Virus record (IMG/VR): IMGVR_UViG_3300007623_000006
Span: 1 to 64,000 of that record
Origin: a virus
Strand: one strand, 5' to 3'
Length of the DNA stretch: 64,000 nucleotides
Below are positions 16,796 to 27,664 of this stretch, in pieces. The notes under the pieces were generated by a model, which saw nothing but the letters and a program-made list of their open reading frames with translations, searched no databases and was not told the DNA's origin. The position numbers were made by a program, and so were the translations under genes. The stretch's first letter is position 1. Each line of letters starts with the position of its first letter.

Positions 16796-18322
16796 CTATA
16801 ATTTACAAATATTTATATATATTGTATTTATGTCATACACAAATAAACCTAAATCATCTACTGTTAGATGATACTCTCTTGGTAATGTTTCAATAAGTTC
16901 GCTTCTTTTTATATACATAGGACTAAGGTATGTTAAACCTGTATCCTTAGAACTTAATACTATATTTTTTGTTATATCAATTTCATTTACACTTCTTTCT
17001 AAATAATCTGTAAATGTTTTTGAAAAATAAGGACCATCTATACTATTTTTTAATTTACCAGTATTCCAAGTACTTGCCCTTGCTGTCATAATAGCACTTT
17101 TAATAGGTGAATTTAAAATAAATCTTTGATTATTAACAGTCCTATAACTATTAGTTCTAGGTCTCATTGTAATATTATCAATTGCTGTAACTTTATCACT
17201 TGAAACTGTTAATATATTACTAGGACCACCTTTACCCATATAATAATAAACAATACCTTTCATATTATTGTCTTTTACTGTAGTTTGGTGAGCACTATCC
17301 ATATGACTTAAGTCTTCTGAATTTAAATAGTTAATTAATCTTAAATATGTGTTTGTAGAAGATGACATAATCCAAATATGTCTATATTTGTAATCACAAT
17401 ATATTTTAGTATTTAAATCAACTGAAATAGATGATGTAAAGTCAGTGTACCCAATTTCAGACAAAACTCTACCGTCACTTGAAGATAAAATTCTTATATT
17501 ATTAGGTGTAACATTAACAAAATCTGTTATACTAGTACCATCTGTTACTTCTGCTATACTTAAATTAGTAACATCATCTGGTAAAATACCTTCAGTTACA
17601 TTGTATTGAGTACCATCAAGATTAACAGTGATAAACTGATTTAAAGCAGTGTCACTTTTAAACCATATCATAACTTGATTTGAAACTTTTTGTACTTTTT
17701 TTATACTTAAATTTGGATGTGTAATTGTTATTTTTTGTGATTGTCTAGATGTTAGTCTAAAAAATGTTATAGTTTCCCCTTGTTTATAAGCAAATACGGC
17801 ATTACTCGACTCATTGTCTACAAATGTTTCACCCCAACCAATCATAGTTGGACTGTTCATAACTTCTACTGTATTATCAGGATGTTTTTTTATGTCTAGT
17901 ACAGATTCTCTTGGAGTATTATATAAATCTCCTATGTATCTATAAACATATACATTATTACCATCATCATCGATATGTGAAAGTTTTTTCTGTTCTATAA
18001 CATTAGCAATTAATCCGTTGTAATATTCAGGCTTACCAGGAAATACTCTTAAAGGTTCATACTCGTGTCCCATAAAATCATGTTGTCTACCCATATAAAG
18101 AGATTTTATCATTGGTGTATAATTTATTTTAATAGGACTTTCAAAAAAACTATTTGGTCTATTCATAGTCGAAACTCTAAGGTTACCTGCACCTACTGTT
18201 TGCGAGTCATAATTTAATAAATCTACGCTGTTAGTATCACCACTAGGGTCTAGAAATATTTGTTTTGAAAATCTGTTTATTTCTCCTACTGCAGGTACAT
18301 TAAAATCGTTTATTGTTAACAT
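16796..18322 (-). CDS. Hypothetical beta-rich protein (possible virion component)
   Basis: 508-aa ORF between two RCC1 genes. Confidence 0.6.
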   Translation of the reverse strand: MLTINDFNVPAVGEINRFSKQIFLDPSGDTNSVDLLNYDSQTVGAGNLRVSTMNRPNSFFESPIKINYTPMIKSLYMGRQHDFMGHEYEPLRVFPGKPEYYNGLIANVIEQKKLSHIDDDGNNVYVYRYIGDLYNTPRESVLDIKKHPDNTVEVMNSPTMIGWGETFVDNESSNAVFAYKQGETITFFRLTSRQSQKITITHPNLSIKKVQKVSNQVMIWFKSDTALNQFITVNLDGTQYNVTEGILPDDVTNLSIAEVTDGTSITDFVNVTPNNIRILSSSDGRVLSEIGYTDFTSSISVDLNTKIYCDYKYRHIWIMSSSTNTYLRLINYLNSEDLSHMDSAHQTTVKDNNMKGIVYYYMGKGGPSNILTVSSDKVTAIDNITMRPRTNSYRTVNNQRFILNSPIKSAIMTARASTWNTGKLKNSIDGPYFSKTFTDYLERSVNEIDITKNIVLSSKDTGLTYLSPMYIKRSELIETLPREYHLTVDDLGLFVYDINTIYINICKL

Positions 18323-19197
18323 TTGTTTCCATCTCCTTCAACCCATAATGGTTTTTCATATATTGAATTTCCCATTACTACAATAAGTTTCTTTTGGTCT
18401 TTACTAATACTTATATCAGTTATACCTTTATCAAGTCTAACACCTGCACTTGTCTGACAGTAACCTTTAAACTGTGGTTGTTGACCATACATAATAACAC
18501 TAATTTCACCTAAGTTTTCAGATTTAGTACTTTCTGTAATCATAAAAAGATTGTCTCTTGTTGGTATTATTTTTTTAATATCTTCACCATATACTTCAAT
18601 AGAACCAAAGTGAGTATCACCATCTTCCATTTTTGTTGCTGGCATATTGTATTTTGCCCAATCACCTTGTATATAAAGTTTACTTGTACCTTCTAAAATG
18701 TTTTTTAACATATATACCATTACAGTTTCACCCATTGCTACATATGTAACTTTATTGTATGGTGTTATATAATCTCTAATTGTGTTAGGGTATTTAACAA
18801 ATTCAGTTTTCGATGAGTTGTACATTTTACCTAAAAACATAGCAACACCATTTTTAAAATAAAGTGTTGACACCGGACCACAAACAAAATCTTCAACATC
18901 ATTATCTATAAGTGTAGCACCTTCTAAATAAGGACCTCTTGATGGACCAATTTGACCGTATTCATTATTACCAAATCCATATAAATTTCCACTTTCGTCT
19001 AAATAACAAGTATGAAAATATCCATAATCGTATCTAACAGCAGCTTCAGCTACAATAATTTTTTTAGTTTCAGGGATATACATATCAGTATTTTTAAACC
19101 CTAGTCCGTGATGAACATTTGAACCATATATGTATAATTCATTCCAAGGACTTAGATAATGTGTCATTTGATATATTTCATTATCGTTGTATTTCAT
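18316..19197 (-). CDS. RCC1-repeat protein
   Basis: GSNVHHGLG, GYFHTCYLDESGNLYGFGNNEYGQIG, FVCG. Confidence 0.8.
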   Translation of the reverse strand: MKYNDNEIYQMTHYLSPWNELYIYGSNVHHGLGFKNTDMYIPETKKIIVAEAAVRYDYGYFHTCYLDESGNLYGFGNNEYGQIGPSRGPYLEGATLIDNDVEDFVCGPVSTLYFKNGVAMFLGKMYNSSKTEFVKYPNTIRDYITPYNKVTYVAMGETVMVYMLKNILEGTSKLYIQGDWAKYNMPATKMEDGDTHFGSIEVYGEDIKKIIPTRDNLFMITESTKSENLGEISVIMYGQQPQFKGYCQTSAGVRLDKGITDISISKDQKKLIVVMGNSIYEKPLWVEGDGNKC

Positions 19198-19207
19198 TAC
19201 TTACCAC

Positions 19208-19654
19208 CTATTTTGTAGTATTTTCCTCTAAGAGGTTCTTTAACTTATTTATACTCATCTTTGATGGGTTTAAATCCATAAATTTATCAATCAAACAATA
19301 TTGTAAAAATTTTGTAATCAATTCAACATCATACCACTTATTTTCATCTTGAAACCCAAGACCTAACCATTGACCTAAAGTAGCACCAAAATAATCAAAT
19401 TTTTTGCCAACTTGCTTGTCTAAAAATCTTTGGACTTTATTCATAATAAATGTATTTTGAACTTCAATATCAATAAATTCCCACTTATCTTTATCATAAG
19501 TTTTTCTTATAATATTTACACCATCTTTAGGGGTGATAGAGTATATTTTTGAATTAACTATAATCTCAACTCTTGAATATCCTGATGTATATTTTCTTAA
19601 ACTTTCCTTAAAAGAGTCAGCACCTCGATAAAATGCTATTCTGACTGTTCTCAT
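19208..19654 (-). CDS. Permuted papain-like (NlpC/P60, YiiX-like) protein, apparently inactive
   Basis: YSRVEI..GKKFDYFG..KWYDVEL aligns with the family pattern YSHxE..GxxYD..KWFCSEL. Confidence 0.6.
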   Translation of the reverse strand: MRTVRIAFYRGADSFKESLRKYTSGYSRVEIIVNSKIYSITPKDGVNIIRKTYDKDKWEFIDIEVQNTFIMNKVQRFLDKQVGKKFDYFGATLGQWLGLGFQDENKWYDVELITKFLQYCLIDKFMDLNPSKMSINKLKNLLEENTTK

Positions 19655-19667
19655 AGTTTTCCTTTTA

Positions 19668-19689
19668 TATAAATATTACTATATTTATA
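19668..19689. promoter_or_regulatory. Pair of oppositely oriented T4 late promoters
   Basis: TATAAATA (+) 19668-19675 for gp14 and TATTTATA (-) 19682-19689 for the leftward operon. Confidence 0.7.
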
Positions 19690-19703
19690 ACTTAGGATAA
19701 AAG

Positions 19704-20411
19704 ATGGCTTGGAACTTAAATAACTATAGCAACGAATACGAATTGTTTAACTCACAAACAGAAGAAAATATATCTATGTTTGGACTTACTGTTACTTATA
19801 TAAAATCTGAAGGACAAAATTTAGATAATATATTTGGTGAGTACTCACATAAAAAGTTAAATCAAGGCAATGTATTTAAAGATGTACCAGTACTACCTGA
19901 GAATAATGAAGATTTTGATATGTTAGGAAATACTTTCTCAAAGTTTGGGTTTGTGCAAACTGAAACATTTCACTGTTACATATCAGCAAATGAAGCAGAT
20001 AAATTAGGATATACTGATTTTAGAAGAGAAGCAGTAGGAGACTTAATACTACTACCTAACAATAAAAAGTTTGAAATTACATTTGTAGACCATGAAGTAG
20101 TAGGTACAAATAATATGTTCCCTTATACTAATAATAAAAATGTATATATGCTAAAAACTCAAATATGGTCATACAATGGTGATGATAAAGAAGAGGGTAA
20201 TAAAGTAACTGATGAAAATGGTGTTGAAACTATCGATGATAAATTAGATAACTTAAACTTTACTAGTTTAGATGAACTGTTTAATACAGATGAAAGTAAT
20301 GATGATATACCAGTAGAAGAAAAAGTTACAACTGAAAATAAAACAAACCAACAAGAAGAGGCTTCTAAAATAAATGTTCAGAAACCTAGTCCTTTTGGTG
20401 ATTGGGATTAA
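19704..20411 (+). CDS. Neck protein gp14-like
   Basis: E.I.MFG..V.YI, D.IFGE, FSKFG, GDLILLP..FEITFV..E pattern of T4 gp14. Confidence 0.8.
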   Translation: MAWNLNNYSNEYELFNSQTEENISMFGLTVTYIKSEGQNLDNIFGEYSHKKLNQGNVFKDVPVLPENNEDFDMLGNTFSKFGFVQTETFHCYISANEADKLGYTDFRREAVGDLILLPNNKKFEITFVDHEVVGTNNMFPYTNNKNVYMLKTQIWSYNGDDKEEGNKVTDENGVETIDDKLDNLNFTSLDELFNTDESNDDIPVEEKVTTENKTNQQEEASKINVQKPSPFGDWD

Positions 20412-22150
20412 CCAAACGGGTCATTTGGGTCTTTGTTACTATCAATATTATATTCATTGAAATTGTTGTAATCAAGACCTGTAGTTTTTTCAAAAAACTC
20501 TTTACTATAAGGATTTGTGTATTGTTCATCTGAATGGTCTTCAAATGCACCAATTCTTAACATTTCCTTAAGTTCAACTTGTTTATACTGTTCTTCAGAA
20601 TTATTTCTTCTAGATTGTAACTGTTTAACATACTTATCCATATCCTCAAAACTTTTAACATTATTTAAAAATGATACACATATACCTAAACACATAACAA
20701 GGTCATCGTGATACCCTTCATCTGCTTGAAACTTACCTTTAATTTCTAGGAAGTGAAAAAACTCTTCTTGTGTTTCTTTGTCTCTTACAATCAAATTTTC
20801 AGATTCTATAAGTGCTTTTAATTGTGTTAGCATAAGTTTTCTAGTTTTTATTGTTGTTCTATAACCATAAAACTTCTTTTCTTTGTCTTTATATAAATTT
20901 TCATATTCATAAACATTCCAAAGCATATCATTAATAGATTGTCCTGCTCCTTCATTATTTTCAATAATTACAAATGCTTCGTTATATTCTAAACCTAAGT
21001 TGTATATCGGTAATGCTAAGTCTAAGTAGTTCATTTGTAAATTAGCACTTAACACTTGTTTAAATGGTAATCTCGTAACATCAACTATTTGTATAGCAAA
21101 GTAGTCTAATCCGTCTTTAGCAGGGTCTACACCTATAACATAGTTGTGTCCTTCTATTGGTTGCTCAAATACTCTCATACCATGAACACCTACTTTAGAA
21201 TACTTTATAGGGTCCATTACTGGTAAGTTCTTTAATGTATGAGTATCAATAAGAGTAGTACTAGACCCTAAAAACTCATTACCAAAGTTTTGGTTAAAGT
21301 ATTGAATACTATTACCGGCAATTATTTCTTCTTTCCATTTTTCATCTCTACCTGGAACTTCCCACCATTGCATTTCATTGTACTTATAACCAGAAACATT
21401 ATTTTTAGCACCTTTAACCATTTGGTAAAAGTGATTCAGGCCGTTAGCAGTTGAAGTAATGATAATCTGAGAACCTTCAATAGCAGATACAGTAGGGAAA
21501 ACTGAATCTTCAAACTCTTTCCAAGTACTTCCAGCAATAAATGCACACTCATCCACATATAGTATGTGAAGTGAGTAACCCCTAAATGAGTCACCATTTG
21601 TAGCAGATGTCATAACTCTACAACCATTTTCAAACTCAACATTTCTCTTATTCCATACTTTAACACCTTGACTTAACCATATAGGTAAGTTTAAGAATAT
21701 GTTTTTCATTTTATCAAGAATTTCAACTGAAAGTCCAAGTTTGTTGGCAGCAATACCAATGTTCTCTTCTTTACCAAATAAACTTCTCCATAACAAATAT
21801 GTAGCAATTGTAACTGTTTTACCTGACTGTCTAGACCATAATGCTATTATTCTATGATGATTAATAAGGTCATCACATAGTCTACCCTGATAATCTCTTG
21901 GTTCAACATAATCGTAACCATGTTTAGTAAGAATAATACAATAATTGTCTCTAAAATATTCAAAATCTTGTGCACATCTAACAATTTCTTTTATATGACC
22001 TTCAGTTAAGGGCATTCTAGTAAATGCTCTTTTTAAAGTTCTAATACCATTAAATGTAATTCTTTTTCCGTAAGCGTCTAAGTAGTAGTCTTCTTCATCT
22101 TTTGGTATCTCTAATGACTGCTTTAATTCATCAATGTCATCTCGTCTCAA
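20408..22150 (-). CDS. terL: Terminase large subunit gp17
   Basis: SRQSGKT Walker A, LYVDECAF, ITSTANG, GVDPA, GYHDDLVM. Confidence 0.95.
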   Translation of the reverse strand: MRRDDIDELKQSLEIPKDEEDYYLDAYGKRITFNGIRTLKRAFTRMPLTEGHIKEIVRCAQDFEYFRDNYCIILTKHGYDYVEPRDYQGRLCDDLINHHRIIALWSRQSGKTVTIATYLLWRSLFGKEENIGIAANKLGLSVEILDKMKNIFLNLPIWLSQGVKVWNKRNVEFENGCRVMTSATNGDSFRGYSLHILYVDECAFIAGSTWKEFEDSVFPTVSAIEGSQIIITSTANGLNHFYQMVKGAKNNVSGYKYNEMQWWEVPGRDEKWKEEIIAGNSIQYFNQNFGNEFLGSSTTLIDTHTLKNLPVMDPIKYSKVGVHGMRVFEQPIEGHNYVIGVDPAKDGLDYFAIQIVDVTRLPFKQVLSANLQMNYLDLALPIYNLGLEYNEAFVIIENNEGAGQSINDMLWNVYEYENLYKDKEKKFYGYRTTIKTRKLMLTQLKALIESENLIVRDKETQEEFFHFLEIKGKFQADEGYHDDLVMCLGICVSFLNNVKSFEDMDKYVKQLQSRRNNSEEQYKQVELKEMLRIGAFEDHSDEQYTNPYSKEFFEKTTGLDYNNFNEYNIDSNKDPNDPFG

Positions 22151-22187
22151 AAAAATCCTTTATGTTATAGTAGGGTTAAATGCCCTA

Positions 22188-25100
22188 CTATATAAATCTA
22201 TTAATATATAATTTACCATCATCACCTTTATACCCTAATGTATAATTATCTGAGTCTTTTGGTGGATTTGTTATATAATCGTTCATAGTATTATAGTATG
22301 TAATTGTTTTACCTAATACAATATATTCTATAGTATTTATTGTATAATACTCTCTATCGTTAAATAATACCTTTGTAACTTCAATTTTATCTGGCTCACC
22401 AAATGAAATTTCAGCCTTTTCCTCATCTGTAAAAATGTGTATAGTTTCAAATATATTATCAACTGCCTCTTGTCCTACTGTTATTAAGAAATCTTTTTCA
22501 ATTTGACTATTTATAGTAACTGTTTCTTTTTCATGCACTTTATCAAAGTTATAAGCAGGTAAACCGTTGTATGTAAAGTCGGTAAATGTATACTGAATAC
22601 ACTTATTTTTGTACTGGTTTTGGATTTCTTCTACACTTAACTCACCATTTACAATTGACTGTGCTTGATATTTTGATAAATTATACACTTTGTAATAAAA
22701 TAAGTTAGACATAATACTATACTCTTGTAAATTTTCAGGGTCTATATTAACTTGTATATTAGACCAATCAAACTCAGTAAAGTTAGGTACTGATACCATA
22801 TCAATCATATTTTCTTCATCATAAACCTTAAATATAACTGAACTTTCTCCAGCGTTTGGTCCAAATGAAACCTCTAAATCACCACTACCTAAATCAGTAA
22901 ATCCTATAACATTTGTACCTGTTACATCAAATACTAAATTTTCAGTTGCAGTTTCTAAATCTTCTGCTGCTACATTTATAATTTGTGTCTTATTTTGTGT
23001 ACTCATGATTTTTTCAGGTAAACTAGTAAAATATGGTTTATCATTAACAGATTGTATTGTTAATGTTGCTGTATAATTATTCTCACTATCATCAGTACCA
23101 TCATTTACTTTAAATGTAAATGTATCAGTACCATACCAGTTTTCATCCGGGTCATATGTAAAACTACCATCAGAATCCAACAATAATGTACCATTAGCAA
23201 CATCATCTACTAATATATATGTAGTAACTGTACTACTAGATTCATTTGCAACATCACTTGATGTTAATTGACCTACAAGTTGTGCGTCTTCTGTACCTAA
23301 GAAATCTTGGTCAGTTGATAATGGTTTGTCATTAACTGCCTTAACATTAACCTTAAATGTATAGTTAGTTGATAATTGCCCATCTTGTACTTGTAATGTA
23401 ACATCTGTCTGACCAAATTGGTTAAGTATAGGTGTTACTGTAATAACATTTCCTTCTTTTGAATAAGATAAAAGACTACTGTTATATGATGTTAGAATAT
23501 AATTTGGTTCATTATTTTCTTCGTCTCCACCTGTAATAGTGATAGTAAATGGTGTATCTTCATCGATATTAAATTCAGGTAACGCTTCTAAGTCTCTGAT
23601 ATTATATTCTGTACCATCAATATCCACATATGCAACAAAAGGTGAATTATTTACAGGGTTTGCAGTATATGTGTAAACAAAAGGTTCAATATCAGTGTTT
23701 GTTATAGGTTCTCTTAATACAACTTTAACATCTGAAACAATTTGCTCAGGTAAATTTTTATTTGTAACTAATGTAACAGTTTTAGTTGAATCTTTACCTA
23801 TATAATCTAATTGAGGAGCTTGTATAGTTTTATCTTCCATATCATCAGTAATATCTTGGTCTAATGTAACAATATCAGTTACAACTTTACACGACTCACC
23901 TTCAATATAATAAGGAGTAACAAATGTTTCATCAATTATACCCATACAATAATTTGTTTCACCCTCAGGTACAGTGTATTCTAGGTCAAATGTTTCTGCA
24001 CCACTACCTTCATGAGTATAAATGTCAGAAATAAAAACTATATTGTTATTCTCTATATTAAAAACTATAAAATAAAAGTTTCCAGAAGCTTTAGTGTCAT
24101 ACATGAACTGTTTTATCGTAAAGTTTTCAGGTAATTTCCTAGAAGTTGCAATCCTAGTTAAATGTTCAGTCTCTAAACTAAATATTTCTTTACTATTAGC
24201 ACTATAATTAGAAACTTTTTCTTTGTATGCTTTACCAAGTCTTTCATCATCAACAATAATATCTACAATATCAAATGACATATTAGTCGAACCATTAGGT
24301 GGTGTAAATTGATGTGTCTGACCTTCAACAACTGTAGCACTTTGAACTGGTGTAATGTTGTTCAACATAGGGAAAGAAATTGTACCTTTTATTTCATCAC
24401 CATTTTCATCTGTAATTTTCTGTAAATCTAAATCTAATGGATATGTTATCCTATATTCACTCTCAGGTCCATCAAACCCATTTTGATTACCAGACCAATA
24501 GTAACAATTTATATAAACTTTATCTTGGTTACCATCTGTACAATTAATTTGGCTCTTATAGTCAAATTGAGGATATATAGTTTCGTCTGATAAGTCAATC
24601 TCTTCCCAAGTTTCAGTATCAATTGTCATTCTATGAACTATTTTAGCGTTTAAACTGTCTGTTGCGTATAAGTAAGTATCATTAGCATCACATTGAATAC
24701 CAACACCATTATTAGGTTTATCTAAATCCTTAATAACTTCTTTAGTGTTTTTATCTATAATAAGTAGTTTGTTACCTATAAAATAAAAAACTTTATCTGT
24801 GTTTGAACATACTGGGTTTAAACTGTTAATCATAACATTACCATAGTATGAATCTAAATTTATATGATATTGAGTTTGATTACCAATCATTACTAACCTA
24901 GTGTATGAGTTTCTTATATTTCTCATTACAACATATCCATAATTATCGTCTTGATAGTGTCTGTTTATGTGTTCCCAACCATTATAGTCTATATAGTCTT
25001 CTTTTTTAAAATTAAATACATCTGTTTCAGGATTATCGTTTTTAAAGTGATGAACAAATGAACCTCTATAACTTTCAGTGTTTCTTTCATACATATACAT

Positions 25101-25406
25101 ATCATTTTCTGTTATGAAAGCTTTAGTAGTACCATCCCAATGATATGCACCATATGACCAATTATATTGCCACTGATTATACACTCTAACTATAGAGTCT
25201 AAAACAGGAGTATGAGTTTCATCTTCAGATAAGTATTTTTTCTTGTAGTATTCAACTAAATTATTCTTTATTTCTGTAATCTCACTCCAATCTTGACCAC
25301 CTCTCCTATACCCGTTAAGCGGTGTTGTAACTATACCAGGATAAGGAGTGCCCATATCTCCTATGTATTTGTGGAAATTATTTTCTAATATATAAGTATT
25401 TCTCAT
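22188..25406 (-). CDS. Large virion/adhesin-like protein with cadherin/Ig-like (tandem-95/Big_9-type) repeats
   Basis: VNDKP, DGSFTYDPDENWYGTDTFTFKVNDG, TVTPILNQFGQTDVTLQVQDG. Confidence 0.7.
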   Translation of the reverse strand: MRNTYILENNFHKYIGDMGTPYPGIVTTPLNGYRRGGQDWSEITEIKNNLVEYYKKKYLSEDETHTPVLDSIVRVYNQWQYNWSYGAYHWDGTTKAFITENDMYMYERNTESYRGSFVHHFKNDNPETDVFNFKKEDYIDYNGWEHINRHYQDDNYGYVVMRNIRNSYTRLVMIGNQTQYHINLDSYYGNVMINSLNPVCSNTDKVFYFIGNKLLIIDKNTKEVIKDLDKPNNGVGIQCDANDTYLYATDSLNAKIVHRMTIDTETWEEIDLSDETIYPQFDYKSQINCTDGNQDKVYINCYYWSGNQNGFDGPESEYRITYPLDLDLQKITDENGDEIKGTISFPMLNNITPVQSATVVEGQTHQFTPPNGSTNMSFDIVDIIVDDERLGKAYKEKVSNYSANSKEIFSLETEHLTRIATSRKLPENFTIKQFMYDTKASGNFYFIVFNIENNNIVFISDIYTHEGSGAETFDLEYTVPEGETNYCMGIIDETFVTPYYIEGESCKVVTDIVTLDQDITDDMEDKTIQAPQLDYIGKDSTKTVTLVTNKNLPEQIVSDVKVVLREPITNTDIEPFVYTYTANPVNNSPFVAYVDIDGTEYNIRDLEALPEFNIDEDTPFTITITGGDEENNEPNYILTSYNSSLLSYSKEGNVITVTPILNQFGQTDVTLQVQDGQLSTNYTFKVNVKAVNDKPLSTDQDFLGTEDAQLVGQLTSSDVANESSSTVTTYILVDDVANGTLLLDSDGSFTYDPDENWYGTDTFTFKVNDGTDDSENNYTATLTIQSVNDKPYFTSLPEKIMSTQNKTQIINVAAEDLETATENLVFDVTGTNVIGFTDLGSGDLEVSFGPNAGESSVIFKVYDEENMIDMVSVPNFTEFDWSNIQVNIDPENLQEYSIMSNLFYYKVYNLSKYQAQSIVNGELSVEEIQNQYKNKCIQYTFTDFTYNGLPAYNFDKVHEKETVTINSQIEKDFLITVGQEAVDNIFETIHIFTDEEKAEISFGEPDKIEVTKVLFNDREYYTINTIEYIVLGKTITYYNTMNDYITNPPKDSDNYTLGYKGDDGKLYINRFI

Positions 25407-25750
25407 TTATAATACCTTTTTTGTTAATTTAAAGTATTTATGTATGTTATAATAATGATGGAATATATATGGTTTTGAAGTATTTTTAGTGTGTGCTTTA
25501 TGGTTAACAATCTAAAAAAACATGAAATTTTTTTATTTTGTTTAGACAAAGTCACTTTTTGTGAGATTGTAACATAGTATCTTTTTTCGTAAAGAACTAT
25601 AAAAACCGTTTAAATTGCTTCCTGAGTAATTGTCACACTTAACAAACTAACCTGTCTGATACTGTTAAGCAGTTTTATTCAAGATTGTCATAGACTCGAT
25701 TATGACACAAAGACACAATTTAAAGATGATATATCTTATTAATTATACTG

Positions 25751-25758
25751 TATTTATA
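25751..25758 (-). promoter_or_regulatory. T4 late promoter
   Basis: TATAAATA on minus strand just after the clpP stop. Confidence 0.55.
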
Positions 25759-25763
25759 GTAGG

Positions 25764-26345
25764 TTAATTCCCTACTATTTCATCTATAAGACCATATTCA
25801 AGTGCTTCTTCTGCACTCATAAAAAAGTCTCTATCTGTGTCTTTTTCGATAACTGATATGTCTTTACCTGTTTGTTCAGATAATTTACCGTTTAATATGT
25901 CTTTAAGTCTTTGAATTTCTTTATATTGAATTTCAATTTCTGTTGCTTGACCTTGAGCACCACCTAAAGGCTGATGTATCATAATTCTTGAACTTGGTAA
26001 TGATACTCTTTTACCTGGTTCACCAGCTGATAATAAAAATGCACCCATTGATGCTGCTTGACCAATACATACAGTTTTTACAGGTGATGTAATAAAGTTC
26101 ATTGTATCATATATAGCCATACCACTTGTAATAACTCCACCTGGAGAGTTAATCCATAATTGAATCTCTTTACCTGGGTCTGTAGTCTCTAAAAATAACA
26201 TTTGTGCAACAATTGAATTTGCTACATCATCATTAATCTCAGTACCTAAAAATATAATTCTATCTTTAACTAATCTAGAGTAGATGTCGTATGTTTTTTC
26301 GACACTTCCACTCTTCTCTATAACTGTTGGTAAGTAATAACTCAT
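25764..26345 (-). CDS. clpP: ATP-dependent Clp protease proteolytic subunit
   Basis: DIYSRL, INSPGG, GQAASMG (Ser), MIHQP (His), DRD (Asp), EALEYGLID. Confidence 0.97.
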   Translation of the reverse strand: MSYYLPTVIEKSGSVEKTYDIYSRLVKDRIIFLGTEINDDVANSIVAQMLFLETTDPGKEIQLWINSPGGVITSGMAIYDTMNFITSPVKTVCIGQAASMGAFLLSAGEPGKRVSLPSSRIMIHQPLGGAQGQATEIEIQYKEIQRLKDILNGKLSEQTGKDISVIEKDTDRDFFMSAEEALEYGLIDEIVGN

Positions 26346-27610
26346 TAATTTCCTTTTTCTACTAAAGTTGGTAACTCTTTACCTTTTTTACTTAGGGACA
26401 TTATAACATTATCTTTGTTAATTTTAATGTCACTAGTATCACCTATATTATACATATATGGTGTTAATATTTTTTCCATAATTTTCTTTAACCCTCTAGC
26501 ACCTACATTTGTACTTATAGCCTCTTCAGCAATACCTTCTACTGCTAGTTTGTCAAAAGATAAATCAACATTATCTACACTAAATAATGACTTATATTGT
26601 TCTATAAGACTGTTTTTAGTATTTAATAATACACTTACTAAGTCTTCTTTTTTAAGTGTGTCTAATGTAACTTGTACTGGTACTCTACCTAAAAATTCTT
26701 GTAAAAATCCAAATTCGATTAAGTCTTCTGTTGTTAATTCATCTAACCAATCTTCATTTTCTTTTGTAATTTTAGTATGTCTATCTTTATCAAATGAAAT
26801 AACTTTATCATCTTGTCTTTCTTTGATAATGTCAATTAGTCCATCAAAAACTCCTGACATAATAAAAAGAATATTACTTGTATCAATTTCAATCATTTTT
26901 TGGTCATGTGGATTTTTTACAAAATCAGGTGGAACTTGAATTTTATTACCTTCAATCATTTTAAGTAAATTTTGTTGAACACCTTCACCTGTACTGTCTT
27001 TACCATTTTTTTCAGGTTTTTTGGCAATTTTATCAACTTCATCAATAAAAATGATACCTCTTTCAGTTTTTCTAATATCTTTACCCGACTCTATATAAAG
27101 TTGAGTTAACATACTTTCAACATCTGAACCAATATACCCTGTTTGTGTAAGACTAGTTGCATCTGAAATAACAATAGGTACATCCATTATTTCTGCTAAT
27201 TTTTTACTAATAAATGTTTTACCAGACCCTGATGGTCCAATCATCATAATATTAGATTTGTCTACAGTAATATTTTTTGATTTTTTTAATGCTAATCTTT
27301 TATAATGATTGTGAATAGCAGTAGTTAAAACAATTTTTGCTCTATCTTGTCCTATAACATGCTCATTTAATTCGTTGTGTATTTCTCTTGGCTTTTTAAG
27401 TTTAGCAGCAATATCATCTATATCACCGTCAAATTCATCTTTAGCCTTAGGACCATCTCTTCTCTCTTGTTTCTTTTCCGTTATTACTTCGTTAGCTGAT
27501 TCAACACAAATCTTACAAATATTGATTTCGTCTTGCTCATCTAGAACAGAAGTTAACATTGGATTTAGTGGAGTTTCTCTTTTTCCACAAAAACTACATT
27601 TTTTAAACAT
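26345..27610 (-). CDS. clpX: Clp protease ATP-binding subunit
   Basis: CSFCG..CKIC Zn domain, [36 protein letters not shown]. Confidence 0.95.
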   Translation of the reverse strand: MFKKCSFCGKRETPLNPMLTSVLDEQDEINICKICVESANEVITEKKQERRDGPKAKDEFDGDIDDIAAKLKKPREIHNELNEHVIGQDRAKIVLTTAIHNHYKRLALKKSKNITVDKSNIMMIGPSGSGKTFISKKLAEIMDVPIVISDATSLTQTGYIGSDVESMLTQLYIESGKDIRKTERGIIFIDEVDKIAKKPEKNGKDSTGEGVQQNLLKMIEGNKIQVPPDFVKNPHDQKMIEIDTSNILFIMSGVFDGLIDIIKERQDDKVISFDKDRHTKITKENEDWLDELTTEDLIEFGFLQEFLGRVPVQVTLDTLKKEDLVSVLLNTKNSLIEQYKSLFSVDNVDLSFDKLAVEGIAEEAISTNVGARGLKKIMEKILTPYMYNIGDTSDIKINKDNVIMSLSKKGKELPTLVEKGN

Positions 27611-27640
27611 AAGTACCTCTTGTTTTATTCTTTATGTAAT

Positions 27641-27662
27641 ATTATACATTAACATCACTTAA
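27641..27662 (-). promoter_or_regulatory. Early promoter TTAAGT-N10-TATAAT
   Basis: Exact motif upstream of clpX. Confidence 0.7.
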
Positions 27663-27664
27663 TT

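Noticed and set aside
25407-25763. tmRNA or tRNA beside clpXP
   Set aside because: No tRNA-like acceptor/T-arm (GGGG…TTCGA…CCA) or tag reading frame recognisable; kept only as a generic structured-region candidate.
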